Shown piece by piece: positions 19,141 to 28,141 of a stretch of 64,000 bases of DNA. Within the stretch, counting starts at the first letter, position 1; the number at the start of each line of letters is the position of its first letter. The translations under genes and the position numbers were made by a program. Source of the stretch: an uncultured Rhizobium sp. Its GTDB lineage: Bacteria; Bacteroidota; Bacteroidia; NS11-12g; UBA955. Where the stretch lies: positions 25,307 to 89,306 of the forward strand of contig CAZYBT010000001.1 of assembly GCA_964645755.1 (NCBI GenBank), in the 5' to 3' direction. A model generated the notes under the pieces. The model was not told where the DNA came from. It was given only the letters and a program-made list of their open reading frames with translations, and searched no databases.

Positions 19141-20246
19141 TGGCTTTTGAAAATAAACACATTTTAGACTTACAACCTTATAAGGTGGCAAGTCACAAAA
19201 TTTGGGAAGTAGCATCTTCCGAACGTGCTGAAGTACTGAAACTTGATTGGAATGAAGCAACCGTGCCACCAAGTCCTATGGTGCAAAAACGGATATTAGA
19301 ACTTGTAAGCGGTCCAAATTTCTATAATTTATACCCAGCAACGCATAGTGAAGTATTGCATGAAAAACTCTGCAATTATGCCCAGGTTAAAAAGGAAAAT
19401 CTCCAGTATTTCCCGAGCTCTGATGCTTTGCATGAGTATATAGCAACAGTATTCTTAAGCGAGAAAGATACAGTATTGTTATTAGGTCCAACTTATGATA
19501 ATTTTAGATTAACTTGTGAATCACACGGAGCCAAAACAGAATATTTTAATTATTCGGAAACCTTTGAGTTAAATGTAGAATTTTTTGAGAATAAAATAGA
19601 AAATATTCACCCTAAATTGGTATACATCTGTAATCCAAATAACCCCACAGGAAATTTAATTTCAACGGATTATATCGAAAGCCTGTTACTGAAATTTCCA
19701 AATGTGCTTTTCCTTATAGATGAAGCCTACACAGAGTTTAGCGGTCATTCGGTGAAGGATTTTGCCCATCAGTTTTCGAATTTATTGATCACACGAACTT
19801 TGTCGAAGGCTTTTGCTTTGGCAAATTTTAGAATTGGATATCTCATTTCGTCGGAAGAAATTATACGCAATATCTCAAAAATTCGCAATCCTAAGAATTT
19901 CACTACATTTTCGCAGGAGGCTACAATTGCTGCATTATCGGATGTTGAATATATGCAAAACTATGTTGAGGAAGTAAAAACTGCAAAAGCAAAATTTATC
20001 GATTTTCTTTCTAAAAATGGCCAGAGAATTATTCCTTTCAACGGACACGGAAATTTTATTTTAATTAAGTTTGAATCTGATGAAATTAAAAATAAATTCA
20101 TTGAATTTATGGAGTTCAATAATATTTTCTTGAGAAATTTAACTCATAGTTCTTTGCTAAATAAATGCCTCAGGATCACAATTGGTAATGTAAAACAAAT
20201 GCAATTTGTACAAGATAAAATTACTGAATTTTGGCAGAAAAATTGA
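19140..20246 (+). CDS. Class-II PLP aminotransferase of the histidinol-phosphate aminotransferase (HisC/CobD) family. Predicted sugar-decoration precursor aminotransferase (Cj1437-like).
   Basis: Start at the ATGA overlap (19140). LDLQPYKV…LKLDWNEATVPPSP…YP…; the Lys region is …LITRTLSKAFALANFRIGY (SKxF/GxR motif of HisC-like enzymes). Confidence 0.7.
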   Translation: MAFENKHILDLQPYKVASHKIWEVASSERAEVLKLDWNEATVPPSPMVQKRILELVSGPNFYNLYPATHSEVLHEKLCNYAQVKKENLQYFPSSDALHEYIATVFLSEKDTVLLLGPTYDNFRLTCESHGAKTEYFNYSETFELNVEFFENKIENIHPKLVYICNPNNPTGNLISTDYIESLLLKFPNVLFLIDEAYTEFSGHSVKDFAHQFSNLLITRTLSKAFALANFRIGYLISSEEIIRNISKIRNPKNFTTFSQEATIAALSDVEYMQNYVEEVKTAKAKFIDFLSKNGQRIIPFNGHGNFILIKFESDEIKNKFIEFMEFNNIFLRNLTHSSLLNKCLRITIGNVKQMQFVQDKITEFWQKN

Positions 20247-20908
20247 ATCAAAATATTGTAATTTTTGATTTCTGTGAAACATTGGTCAATTTTCAAACTG
20301 CAGATGCCTACGTTGATTTTGTTCGGAGAAAATTGAACCATCCCAGAATGAAATTTCTTGAATGGATTTTGACATTTTTAATCAAGACAAAAATTATTTT
20401 GATTTTATATAAACTGTTTCCATATCATTCTATTGAGAAAAGAATAAAATTATATCAATTAAAAGGTTTCAGTAAAACTCAATTGATTGAATTTGCAGAA
20501 CAGTTCTATTTACAAAGAATCAAACCCAATACAATTGATCCAGTTTTGCACTTAATGCGTAATTATCAGTTGAATAATGATGTGATTTATATTGTTTCGG
20601 GTGGATATTCAATTTATCTAGATTTCTTTTGTAACGAATTTAACATCCCTCATTTATTTTCAACAAAAATTGAATTTCAAAACAATATTTGTACAGGGAA
20701 AATAAAAGGATTAGATTGCCTTTATCATCATAAAATAAAATTGTTGGTGGATAAAGGAATTGAAAATGGACAAGGAATTGTTTGTTATACTGATAGTATT
20801 ACGGATTTGCCTTTGTTAGATTTTTGTGAAACTGGTATTGTTATTTCGAAAAACTTTGAACAGGCTTGGGCAAAAAAATACGGGTTTAAACAGTTGATTT
20901 GGAGTTAA
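20231..20908 (+). CDS. HAD-superfamily phosphatase (phosphoserine-phosphatase-like subfamily IB).
   Basis: N-terminal HAD motif I variant IVIFDFCETLV. Downstream SGG and C-terminal D residues (YTDSITDLPLLD). Confidence 0.6.
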   Translation: MAEKLNQNIVIFDFCETLVNFQTADAYVDFVRRKLNHPRMKFLEWILTFLIKTKIILILYKLFPYHSIEKRIKLYQLKGFSKTQLIEFAEQFYLQRIKPNTIDPVLHLMRNYQLNNDVIYIVSGGYSIYLDFFCNEFNIPHLFSTKIEFQNNICTGKIKGLDCLYHHKIKLLVDKGIENGQGIVCYTDSITDLPLLDFCETGIVISKNFEQAWAKKYGFKQLIWS

Positions 20909-21846
20909 TGAAGCGTTTTTTTTCTAATTTAAAATATACAGGTAGAGTTGGTTTTTATTTATTTTTATTTATTGTAAAAATTTATAAATTATGCGTAAAT
21001 TATATTTGGCCGGATAAATATTATTTGAAGAAAAAATTTAAATTCTATCATGGGTATGATTTGGATTGGAATAATCTGAAATCATTGAATGAGAAAATGC
21101 AATATTTCAAAATTTATGATCGAAACCCGAAATATGTCAATCTCTCAGATAAGTATAAAGCGAGAGATTTTTTCGAGAATGAGTTTGGAGCTAATTATTT
21201 AATTCCTTTGATCATGCAAACTCAAAATGTTGAAGATTTGAGGCCGGACAATTTGCCCGATTATCCAGTAATAGTGAAAGCAAATCATGATTCTGGAAAT
21301 TTTAGAATTATTCGAAATAAAGATGAGTTTGACTTTAAAAAATTGCAAGTAGATGCAAAATTTTGGATGAGCATGAACTATTATTGGGAAGATCGTGAAT
21401 GGCCATATAAACATGTTGAACCGAGAATAGTGGTTGAAAAATTGCTTTTGACTCAAGAGGGTAAAATTCCGAATGATTATAAATTGAATTGTTTTAACGG
21501 AAAGGTTGAATTTGTTTATGTTTCGGTTGATAGAGAAGGTATAAACAAACGGAACATATATAGCCGTTCATGGGAGCCCTTAAATTTCACTTGGAATAAA
21601 AAATATTACGATCATTCAACTCTTCGTGGCCCTGAAATAGATCCCCCTGAAACATTTCCATTAATGCTTGAATTTGCTGAGAAAATTGCGAAGGACTATC
21701 AATATGTGAGGGTTGATTTTTATGATGTTGATGGGAAATTGTATTTTGGTGAAATTACACAATATCACGGTGGAGGATTCGATCAAATGCTTCCTCGAGA
21801 GTGGGATTACAAGTTTGGAGAAATGATCAATGTGGAAAGAATATGA
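20899..21846 (+). CDS. TupA-like ATP-grasp amidoligase.
   Basis: 315 aa. VIVKANHDSGN…EPRIVVEKLL…PNDYKLNCFNGKVEFVYVSVDR…NIYSRSWEPL… matches the characteristic TupA-like ATP-grasp layout (D-Y-K-x-x-C-F-N-G). Confidence 0.7.
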   Translation: MELMKRFFSNLKYTGRVGFYLFLFIVKIYKLCVNYIWPDKYYLKKKFKFYHGYDLDWNNLKSLNEKMQYFKIYDRNPKYVNLSDKYKARDFFENEFGANYLIPLIMQTQNVEDLRPDNLPDYPVIVKANHDSGNFRIIRNKDEFDFKKLQVDAKFWMSMNYYWEDREWPYKHVEPRIVVEKLLLTQEGKIPNDYKLNCFNGKVEFVYVSVDREGINKRNIYSRSWEPLNFTWNKKYYDHSTLRGPEIDPPETFPLMLEFAEKIAKDYQYVRVDFYDVDGKLYFGEITQYHGGGFDQMLPREWDYKFGEMINVERI

Positions 21847-22709
21847 CGAGTAATTCCTCACTTGTGAGTGTTTTAATGCCTGTTTTCAATGGTATTGAAA
21901 CTATTGAATTAGCAATTAAGTCGCTGCTATTACAGACATATGAAAATTGGGAATTGATTATTGTAAATGATGGTTCAACCGATGGTACAAAATTGTATTT
22001 AGATAATTTAATTCTCACCGATGCGCGGTTCAAAGTTATTCATTTGGCAAAAAACATGGGGCGGGGTTATGCTCGAAATCAGTGCTTAGAAAATGCAAAA
22101 GGAGAATTTGTTGCATTCTTAGATTCTGATGATTTGTATATGCCCACTAAATTGCAAAAGCAGGTGGAATTTCTCGAGAATAATCAGGAAATTAGTTTGG
22201 TAGGTTGTGGTGTTGGTATTTTGGATGATTTGTCGCAAGTAAACTATGTTCGAGGCAATAAGAACGAAGTTTTTTTTCATGTAAATTATCAAAATTTAAA
22301 TTTTGTTGCTCCCTCTGTGATGTTTAAGAGATTTTTGGATCCAAATTTGAGATACAATCAAAAGTTAGATATTATGGAAGATGTGGATTTCTTCAATCGG
22401 TATCTGCTAAACAGGAAATACACAAACATCTCAGAAGTTCTTTACATTTACTCTGAAATTGGACTGATTTCAAAATCTAAATTACTGAAATACTCATTGC
22501 ATACTGTAAAATATTATTGGATTTTTTTAAAAACAGATTTTAAATTGTTGTCAAAATTCTTTTTATCAATCATCAATCTCTTGTCAAAATTGATACTTGT
22601 ACCAATTTTAGGTGTTGATTTTTTTCTAATACGCAGAAGTAGAAATATTGAATCAAATGTAAAGTTAGATTTGGAGAATTTCGTGAAATTAATAAAAGTG
22701 AAAGATTGA
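21843..22709 (+). CDS. Family 2 glycosyltransferase.
   Basis: VSVLMPVFNGIETIELAIKSLLLQTYENWELIIVNDGSTDGT…FLDSDD (DxD). Start taken at the ATG overlapping the upstream stop. Confidence 0.8.
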   Translation: MTSNSSLVSVLMPVFNGIETIELAIKSLLLQTYENWELIIVNDGSTDGTKLYLDNLILTDARFKVIHLAKNMGRGYARNQCLENAKGEFVAFLDSDDLYMPTKLQKQVEFLENNQEISLVGCGVGILDDLSQVNYVRGNKNEVFFHVNYQNLNFVAPSVMFKRFLDPNLRYNQKLDIMEDVDFFNRYLLNRKYTNISEVLYIYSEIGLISKSKLLKYSLHTVKYYWIFLKTDFKLLSKFFLSIINLLSKLILVPILGVDFFLIRRSRNIESNVKLDLENFVKLIKVKD

Positions 22710-23791
22710 AAATAGTATTTGTAACAACATCTTTTTTAGTTGGTGGTCTCGAAAGATCTAGTGCTAACATTTCTAATTATTTATGCAATTTACCAGGTGT
22801 TCAATTAACTGTAGTTACTCAATATAAATTCAAACATTTTTATCATATTGATGAGAAAATAAGAGTAGTCGAACCTGAATTCAAAAAAGATGGTGTTGCA
22901 AAATTATTGTACTATTTGAAAGTAGTTTTTTTCTTCAGAAAGCAATTTATTTTAGAAAAGCCAGATGTAATTCTCAGTTTTGGTGAACACTGTAATTTCC
23001 AAACGCTTTTGGCGGGAGTTTTTTTAAATATTCCAATTATTGTATCTGACAGAGCAAGTCCTGAATTAGAAATTGCATTTCCAACAAATATATTTAGGAA
23101 GCTCACTTATCCTTTAGCAAGTGGATTTATTGCACAAACGGATAGAATGAAACAGTCATTGATTCAGAAATTTGGAATTAAAGCCCCAATAAATGTTATA
23201 CCAAATGCCATCCGTCAGGTTAAACTTTATCCTGACATTCAAAGAAAAAATCAAATCATTGCTGTTGGTAGAATACATCCCATTAAGCAGTTTGATTTGT
23301 TAATTGAAGCGTTTGAAGCCGCAGACACAAAAGATTGGGAATTATTGATTATTGGGGAAGGGGTTGATTCTCATAAAATTGAACGGCGAATTTTAAACAG
23401 TATCAAATCAGATTTTATACATTTAGAAGCCAAGACACTAAACTTAGATCAGAAGTTCGCAGAATCTAAAGTTTTTGCATTAACGAGTGTGAGTGAAGGT
23501 TTTCCAAATTCTTTGTGTGAAGCGATGGCTGCAGGTTTGATTTGTGTCAGTTTTGATATTGTTGCAGGCCCGCGTGAGATTATCAATCATGGAGTCAATG
23601 GTATTTTATTACCACCTAAAAGCACTCACGCTCTTAAAGAAAGCTTCAATAATATCATTGAAAATGAAAGCAAGTATGCTATGATGTCACAGAATGCTTT
23701 AAAAATCAGTGAGGAACTTACAATTGACAAAATTGGCGATCAATATTTGCAGTTTTTAATTTCTCAGTCAAAGTCGGCTAATGCGAGATAA
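22706..23791 (+). CDS. GT4-family glycosyltransferase.
   Basis: …SVSEGFPNSLCEAMAAGLICVSFDIVAGPREIINHGVNGILLP (EX7E region). Confidence 0.75.
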   Translation: MKIVFVTTSFLVGGLERSSANISNYLCNLPGVQLTVVTQYKFKHFYHIDEKIRVVEPEFKKDGVAKLLYYLKVVFFFRKQFILEKPDVILSFGEHCNFQTLLAGVFLNIPIIVSDRASPELEIAFPTNIFRKLTYPLASGFIAQTDRMKQSLIQKFGIKAPINVIPNAIRQVKLYPDIQRKNQIIAVGRIHPIKQFDLLIEAFEAADTKDWELLIIGEGVDSHKIERRILNSIKSDFIHLEAKTLNLDQKFAESKVFALTSVSEGFPNSLCEAMAAGLICVSFDIVAGPREIINHGVNGILLPPKSTHALKESFNNIIENESKYAMMSQNALKISEELTIDKIGDQYLQFLISQSKSANAR

Positions 23792-24950
23792 ACGTATTCT
23801 TATTATTTCGGTTTTCGGTAAAGTCAGAGAAGAAAGCAATGACCGGGTAAACAATCTTTATGATTTTTCTCCTTTTAAATCAAAGAAAATTGTGACCACA
23901 AATTTTAGTCATCATAACAAAGCTAAAAGGGTGGGTCCCGACATAAGAAATGTAGACTACATTGAGGTACCTGAATATCGTAAAAACCTAAGCTTTAACC
24001 GAATATGGTCGCATTGGGTATTTGCTTTCAGGTTGTATTTTTATTTGAGGGACATTCAAGAAAAACCAGATGTTATTTATTGTGTGCTTCCAACGCCAAC
24101 TTCAGGATTAATAGCTGGTTGGTACGCAAAAAAGCATAAAATTACTTTTGTGACCGATATCATCGATGTGTGGCCCGATGGTTTGTTTCCTATAAATTCG
24201 GTATTCAATAAACTCAAATGGATTTTCAAACCATGGGAAATACTGTCTGCGAAAGTTTATAGAATGTCGGATTTTATCTGTGCTGCAAATAGAAGTTATG
24301 CTTCAATAGCAAGAAGGTATGTAACAGATATTCCTGTAAAACATTTTTATCTTGGCACAAGTTTTGATAATGAAAATAGTCAAACCATTTTAAATCCGAT
24401 TTCAAAACCATTGGACGAGATTTGGATAGGATATGGTGGTAATTTAGGACATCTTTACGATTTTGATCTCATGATAAATGGAACTCTGGAGGCGATGCAA
24501 AGCACACAAATGAAAGTAAGGTTTATACTTGTGGGTGGGGGTGTTTTGGAAGATGAACTCAGACAAAAATTAACAAAAGTAAATGACCTTCCATATCTTA
24601 TCACTGGTAATGTTGGCTATCAAGAATTCATGCAATATTTAGAAAAGTGTGACATATGTCTCAATTTATTTAAAGCAAATGCACTTATTTCGATGAGCTA
24701 CAAACTTTATGATTATTTTGCTTGTAAATCATTTGTAATGAATAATTTAACAGGAGATGCGGACGAAATAATTAATGAGTTTGCTGTTGGTTTGAATGTG
24801 AATAACGAAAATTTCAGCCAAAAATTAACCGAAGCAATGATTTATTTACCAACTTTTCAAAAAGAAAAACATGAAAAATTTGAAAAAGTTTATCGCGTAT
24901 TAGATAGAAAAAAAATTATACAATCAATCTACCAATTTATACAGAAATGA
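23781..24950 (+). CDS. Probable GT-B glycosyltransferase (WbuB-like).
   Basis: 389 aa. N-terminal …ILIISVFGK… and C-terminal …YKLYDYFACKSFVMNN… regions are consistent with GT4-like enzymes. Weak. Confidence 0.5.
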   Translation: MRDKRILIISVFGKVREESNDRVNNLYDFSPFKSKKIVTTNFSHHNKAKRVGPDIRNVDYIEVPEYRKNLSFNRIWSHWVFAFRLYFYLRDIQEKPDVIYCVLPTPTSGLIAGWYAKKHKITFVTDIIDVWPDGLFPINSVFNKLKWIFKPWEILSAKVYRMSDFICAANRSYASIARRYVTDIPVKHFYLGTSFDNENSQTILNPISKPLDEIWIGYGGNLGHLYDFDLMINGTLEAMQSTQMKVRFILVGGGVLEDELRQKLTKVNDLPYLITGNVGYQEFMQYLEKCDICLNLFKANALISMSYKLYDYFACKSFVMNNLTGDADEIINEFAVGLNVNNENFSQKLTEAMIYLPTFQKEKHEKFEKVYRVLDRKKIIQSIYQFIQK

Positions 24951-25585
24951 AAACCATTAAATTTGACTCTCAAAAATTAAACTTTAAAGCTAGATTCGAA
25001 CAATTTTTGAATCTGGGTCTTCTCGAAAATTTAAATCTTGAAATTGAGGTTTTAAAACGTGAAAATGATCAAAAAACACCAATTCACACCGTGTATTACG
25101 AATGGGCGAGAACTGAAGAATTTCAAAATTTGTACGTTGAACTATTAAGAGATTATGTAAAGCCATTATATGACGGAGAGGAAATTGTTTATCAGAAAAT
25201 TCCAACTTTTAGGGTTGCATTTCCAAACAATATTGCTGTAGGAGAATTCCATAAAGATAAGGCCTATAGAGATTTATCTTGGGCAGAACAAGTGAAAGAA
25301 GATAACTTTTTTTTACCTTTCACAGATGCCTTCGATACCAATACAATTTGGGTTGAATCTGAAGAAGACAAGGGCGATTTTGCACCAATGAATTGTGAAT
25401 ATGGAAATACTATTCAATGGAATGGTAGTAATTTAACTCATGGTAACAAGATCAATGAAACTGGAAAAGCGCGCGTGAGTGTTGATTTTAGAGTCATTAG
25501 AATGTCGAACTACACCCCAAGCACCAAAGGTTCAATTAATATGAATGTTGGATTTGCCATTGGTGGTTATTACGATGTAATTTAA
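24947..25585 (+). CDS. Hypothetical soluble protein of unknown function within the polysaccharide locus.
   Basis: 212 aa ORF coupled (ATGA) to the flanking GT gene. No motifs I can assign. Confidence 0.4.
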   Translation: MKTIKFDSQKLNFKARFEQFLNLGLLENLNLEIEVLKRENDQKTPIHTVYYEWARTEEFQNLYVELLRDYVKPLYDGEEIVYQKIPTFRVAFPNNIAVGEFHKDKAYRDLSWAEQVKEDNFFLPFTDAFDTNTIWVESEEDKGDFAPMNCEYGNTIQWNGSNLTHGNKINETGKARVSVDFRVIRMSNYTPSTKGSINMNVGFAIGGYYDVI

Positions 25586-25595
25586 ACTGATTGAA

Positions 25596-26198
25596 TTGAT
25601 TTATTTAGTTTTTAAAACTTTCTTTGATTTTCTTTTTGCACTTTTGCTTTTGATTTGCTCAACTCCCGTTTGGCTATGGCTGTTGTTCAAGTTTAAATTT
25701 GATCTGAATAAAATTATTTTTTTTCAACCACGTCCAGGTAAAAATGGAAAGATTTTCAATTTAATTAAATTCAAAACAATGACAGATGAAACGGATGAAA
25801 ATGGAAACTTGCTTCCTGATAAGTATAGGTTGACAAAGTTTGGTAAATTTTTAAGATCCTCTTCATTTGATGAACTCCCACAGATGATCAACGTTTTAAA
25901 AGGTGATATGAGTCTTATTGGCCCGCGTCCATTATTGGTTTCGTATTTGCCTCTCTATAACGAAAGACAAATGAAACGTCACAACGTAAAACCTGGAATT
26001 ACCGGTTGGGCCCAAATTAATGGGCGTAATGAACTCACTTGGGCAGATAAATTTGAACAAGACGTATTTTATGTTGAGAATATTTCATTAAAATTGGACC
26101 TAATTATCTTTTGGAAAACAATTGTGAATGTAATGAATCGACAAGGAATCAGCGGAGAGGGAACAGAAACGATGACACCATTTAAAGGAAATAATTGA
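25596..26198 (+). CDS. Small PglC/WbaP-C-terminal-type phosphoglycosyltransferase (initiating undecaprenyl-phosphate sugar-1-phosphate transferase).
   Basis: Single N-terminal TM segment, then …FNLIKFKTM…KFGKFLRSSSFDELPQMINVLKGDMSLIGPRPLL, the bacterial sugar transferase signature. Confidence 0.85.
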   Translation: MIYLVFKTFFDFLFALLLLICSTPVWLWLLFKFKFDLNKIIFFQPRPGKNGKIFNLIKFKTMTDETDENGNLLPDKYRLTKFGKFLRSSSFDELPQMINVLKGDMSLIGPRPLLVSYLPLYNERQMKRHNVKPGITGWAQINGRNELTWADKFEQDVFYVENISLKLDLIIFWKTIVNVMNRQGISGEGTETMTPFKGNN

Positions 26199-26199
26199 C

Positions 26200-26844
26200 A
26201 TGAAACCAATCATTATATACGGAGCCGGCGGTTTTGGAAAAGAAATTGCTTGTTTGATTAATGAAATCAACGAAATTGAACCAAAATGGGAGATCCAAGG
26301 ATTTTTAGATGATGGTTTGCCCGTTGGAACCGAAATTAAGTACGGAAAAGTTCTAGGAGGTATCGATTTTATCAATCAATATGAAACTGAAATTGCAGTC
26401 GTGTTCTCCATTGCAAATGCTCTAATTTTAGAAAAAGTGGTTTCTAAAATTACCAATACTAAAGTTTATTTCCCTAACATTATATCACCTGGCGTAAAGT
26501 TTTATGATAGTCCTTCCTTTAACATTGGAAGAGGGAATGTAATCTCGAACGGGTGCAGATTTAGTTGTGATGTATTGGTTGGTGACTTTAACTTATTCAA
26601 TGGCTTTGTTGCTGTTGGTCATGATGTTACACTTGGTAATTTTAATATTTTTAGTCCTTCTTCTCGTTTATCAGGTGGGGTCCAAGTGGGACACAAAAAT
26701 TTTTTTGGGGTTAATTCTATCGTACTTCAAGGCATTACAATTGGCAATGAAACCAAAATTGGTGTCATGAGTGTATTGATGAAAGATACAAAAGATGGAT
26801 ATTTGTACTTTGGTAATCCAGCCAGGAAATTAACAGAGCAATGA
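26200..26844 (+). CDS. PglD/NeuD/WeeI-family sugar N-acyltransferase (N-terminal Rossmann-like domain plus left-handed beta-helix).
   Basis: MKPIIIYGAGGFGKEIA N-terminus characteristic of PglD/NeuD. C-terminal hexapeptide repeats (VGHDVTLGNFNIF…GVNSIVLQGITIGNETKIG). Confidence 0.75.
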   Translation: MKPIIIYGAGGFGKEIACLINEINEIEPKWEIQGFLDDGLPVGTEIKYGKVLGGIDFINQYETEIAVVFSIANALILEKVVSKITNTKVYFPNIISPGVKFYDSPSFNIGRGNVISNGCRFSCDVLVGDFNLFNGFVAVGHDVTLGNFNIFSPSSRLSGGVQVGHKNFFGVNSIVLQGITIGNETKIGVMSVLMKDTKDGYLYFGNPARKLTEQ

Positions 26845-27911
26845 GTTTTTTAAATATTCCAAATGTTTCTATTACGGGAATTGCGTCTAGTGTCCCTCCT
26901 GAAAAAATAGAGAATTTAACTTCTCCAATTTTCGATTGTGAAGAGGATGCTACTCGATTTATCGAAACTACTGGAATTTTAAGAAGAAGGGTTGTGGGAA
27001 AATCAAATGTTTGTACTTCAGATTTGTGCATCGATGCTGCAGAAAAATTGATTGCAACTAAACATTGGCACAAAGAAGATATTGATTGTTTGATTTTTGT
27101 AACTCAAACACCAGATTACATTTTACCTGCAACCTCCTGCATTATTCAAGACAGGTTAGGATTGTCAAAAGAATGCTATTCCATTGATATTTCACTGGGC
27201 TGTTCAGGTTGGGTCTATGGACTATCTGTTATTGGTTCATTGATGCAAGGTGGTATGTTTAAAAAGGGACTACTTTTGGCTGGAGATACAACCACTGTTT
27301 CTAAATCTTCAAAAGATAAGAGTACCTTCCCTTTGTTTGGTGATGCGGGGACTGCAACGGCTTTAGAATACAACGAAAATTCAGCGGGTATGAAGTTCCA
27401 TTTTGGAACGGATGGATCAGGATTTGAATCAATCATGATTCGAGATGGTGGATTTAGACACCCGTTTTCGGCAGAATCTTTGGTTGAAAAGGAGTTTGCT
27501 GGTGGAATTATTCGCAACGAATTGCAAAGCATTTTAAATGGTGCCAATGTATTTACTTTTGGCATTGGACGTGCTCCAAAATCAGTGAAAGCGCTTATAG
27601 AGAAATTTGGTATTCAACTAGAAGAAGTAGATTTTGCTGTTTTTCATCAAGCAAACAAAATGATGAATGAAAAAATTCGAAACAAGTTAAGTCTACCCGA
27701 AGAGAAAGTGCCGTATTCAATCTCCGATTTTGGAAATACTTCTTCAGCCTCAATACCATTAACAATGAATTTAAAATTATTGGAAAAACTGAAATCCCAA
27801 AAAAATAAGATCATTGCTTGTGGCTTTGGTGTGGGATTATCTTGGGGTACTGTATACTTTGAAACTGAAAATATTGATTGTCCTGAAATTCAGGAATATA
27901 AATTAAACTAA
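26841..27911 (+). CDS. 3-oxoacyl-ACP synthase III-like condensing enzyme (KASIII/FabH family), copy 1.
   Basis: FabH-like topology: …LIFVTQTPDY…SLGCSGWVYGLSV (active-site Cys)…FHQANKMMNEKI…FGNTSSASIPL…CGFGVGLSWG. Confidence 0.8.
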   Translation: MSFLNIPNVSITGIASSVPPEKIENLTSPIFDCEEDATRFIETTGILRRRVVGKSNVCTSDLCIDAAEKLIATKHWHKEDIDCLIFVTQTPDYILPATSCIIQDRLGLSKECYSIDISLGCSGWVYGLSVIGSLMQGGMFKKGLLLAGDTTTVSKSSKDKSTFPLFGDAGTATALEYNENSAGMKFHFGTDGSGFESIMIRDGGFRHPFSAESLVEKEFAGGIIRNELQSILNGANVFTFGIGRAPKSVKALIEKFGIQLEEVDFAVFHQANKMMNEKIRNKLSLPEEKVPYSISDFGNTSSASIPLTMNLKLLEKLKSQKNKIIACGFGVGLSWGTVYFETENIDCPEIQEYKLN

Positions 27912-27913
27912 CT

Positions 27914-28141
27914 ATGGAAGAGAACTTTATTAAACTTTTTAGAGAAACTTTAGAAATTGAAGATCGAGAAATATCTGTAAATGATGCATTTAGAGATTTT
28001 CCTGAATGGGATTCATTGGCATTGCTTTCTGTGATTGCAATGATTGATGATGAGTATGATATAATCATTGAAGGAAATGATTTTGCCAAATTAAAAACTG
28101 TTGGCGAACTCATTGATACAATTAAAAAAATGCAAGCTTAA
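27914..28141 (+). CDS. Acyl carrier protein (dedicated).
   Basis: 75 aa, four-helix pattern, phosphopantetheine-attachment motif …DFPEWDSLALLSVIAMI. Confidence 0.8.
   Translation: MEENFIKLFRETLEIEDREISVNDAFRDFPEWDSLALLSVIAMIDDEYDIIIEGNDFAKLKTVGELIDTIKKMQA

Noticed and set aside
26567-26770. 67-aa + strand ORF inside the PglD-like acyltransferase gene
   Set aside because: It is an alternative frame of a well-supported hexapeptide-repeat gene. It is hydrophobic and low-complexity, with no independent signals.
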